DNA from: Acutalibacteraceae bacterium
GTDB taxonomy: Bacteria > Bacillota > Clostridia > Oscillospirales > Acutalibacteraceae
Assembly: GCA_045588735.1 (NCBI GenBank)
Contig: JAZNET010000029.1
Span: 12,983 to 76,982 of the forward strand
Direction: 5' to 3'
Length of the DNA: 64,000 bases
The notes under the pieces are model-generated. The model made no database searches, was not told where the DNA came from, and saw nothing but the letters and a program-made list of their open reading frames with translations. Every line of letters begins with the position of its first letter. Position 1 is the stretch's first letter. A program made the position numbers and the translations under genes. Shown here one piece after another: positions 63,091 through 64,000 of the stretch.

Positions 63091-64000
63091 ATGGCAATTG
63101 CAGAAGTAATTAAATTTGAAGGCCCCCAAGACGCGTTGGTGTGGAAGTTTCCTGTAGAAGACTTTAACGCCACATCGCAGCTTATCGTTGACGAAACTCA
63201 TGAAGCACTTTTGGTTGTTAACGGTAATGCAGCAGACCTGTTTACTGCAGGCAGAAGAACGCTTTCTGTTCCCAATATTCCTATTGCAAGAAAATTAATT
63301 GAGATTCCTACCGGTGGAGATTCTCCGTTCCCTTGTAAAGTATTCTTTATTAATAAAGTTCATCAAATGGATATGCTTTGGGGAACTCAAGGCCCCATCG
63401 CTTTGGAAGATCCGTTGTATGATATCTTTATGCATGTTATGGCAAATGGTAGTATGACCATTTCTGTAGAGAATTCTCGTAAGTTTATGTTGAAAGCAGT
63501 AGGCTTCCGTGACAGATTTGATGCTACTGAATTGATTTCTAAATTTAGAGGAATTATCTCTTCTCACGTTAAAGACTATATCTCGAAAATCATGATCAAT
63601 GGTAAACTCAGTTACTTTATGATGAATGCTCATCTGTTTGAACTGAGTGGTGTTATCAAAGAAAAACTCGATGTGATTTTTGAGGAATACGGCATCAGAA
63701 TTCAGTACTTTAATTTGGAAACCATCGAAGTGCCGGAAGCTGATTACAAGAAAGTAAGCGAAGCAAAAGAGCGCAGAACCAGCCGTATGATCGAAGGTTA
63801 CACGTGGCAAGAAGAACGCCAAATGATGATCGCTGAAAAATTTGCAGGTAACGAAGGCACTATGGGTGGTGTCGGCGGTGCTGTTGGCGGTTTCATGATG
63901 GGTGGAGCTATGGGCGGTTCAATCGTAGAAATCGCAAGAAACGCCTTGGATCCCGAAAACATTCCTTCTGGAAAAACACCCAAGGATGCAGGTGGCACAG
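63091..64000 (+). CDS. SPFH/band-7 domain protein (YdjI/COG4260-like), 3' end beyond the window
   Basis: The ORF is open from the ATG at 63091 (after AAAGGAGAA) to the window end, which is why the ORF track lacks it. MAIAEVIKFEGPQDALVWKFP...NGNAADLFTAGRRTLS... and a Gly-rich GGVGGAVGGFMMGGAMGG segment are typical of this family. Confidence 0.7.
   Translation, partial: MAIAEVIKFEGPQDALVWKFPVEDFNATSQLIVDETHEALLVVNGNAADLFTAGRRTLSVPNIPIARKLIEIPTGGDSPFPCKVFFINKVHQMDMLWGTQGPIALEDPLYDIFMHVMANGSMTISVENSRKFMLKAVGFRDRFDATELISKFRGIISSHVKDYISKIMINGKLSYFMMNAHLFELSGVIKEKLDVIFEEYGIRIQYFNLETIEVPEADYKKVSEAKERRTSRMIEGYTWQEERQMMIAEKFAGNEGTMGGVGGAVGGFMMGGAMGGSIVEIARNALDPENIPSGKTPKDAGGT

Noticed and set aside
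63295-63998. Minus-strand ORFs of 175 and 66 aa near the window end.
   Set aside because: The plus strand carries an open, SD-preceded SPFH-domain gene (63091 onward) with conserved motifs. That gene is missing from the ORF track only because it has no stop within the window.

Overview
This is a Firmicutes/Clostridia-type chromosomal segment of low-to-moderate G+C; that placement is inferred from gene content and SD/codon style only. About 45% of the window (15.3-44.0 kb, + strand) is a flagellar/chemotaxis region. It holds three flagellin genes: one divergent copy and two tandem paralogs that differ by about 23 substitutions over 272 aa (my count). These are followed by one long, tightly packed operon: fliE-fliFGHIJ-fliK-flgD-(flagellar operon protein)-flgE-flbD-motAB-fliM-fliY-cheY-fliOPQR-flhBA-sigD-two rod genes-cheC-cheD. 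The left flank contains the uxaC 3' end, a membrane GGDEF cyclase and a minus-strand cluster (SufC-like ATPase, SufB/D-like protein, rhamnulokinase-like kinase, M28-like membrane protein, GH130, MATE). It also contains a PAS-GGDEF cyclase, murD, a secreted metallophosphoesterase and a GT2-plus-helical-repeat glycosyltransferase divergent from the first flagellin. The right flank contains copA with a fused C-terminal metal-binding domain, two GNATs and a glycoside-hydrolase/MFS cluster. Next comes an accessory block (about 56.1-62.3 kb): an AT-rich orphan 558-aa membrane protein plus a 60-aa ORF, a 53-nt tRNA-Leu(UAG) 3' fragment (att-type scar), an AT-rich SBP/degenerate-GGDEF/EAL protein, and a disrupted DUF6809-like gene with a TnpV-like gene. 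A TetR gene and a 3'-truncated SPFH gene close the window. I recognised no rRNA, intact tRNA, CRISPR array, integrase or transposase. The best leads for follow-up are the AT-rich orphan cassette beside the tRNA scar, the 799-aa hook protein with four tandem inserted modules, the glycosyltransferase/divergent-flagellin pair, a tandem 107-bp structured repeat after the flagellins, and three unusually long structured spacers inside the flagellar operon. None can be shown to be a new system from sequence alone. All homology calls come from motif recognition by eye, not from searches.
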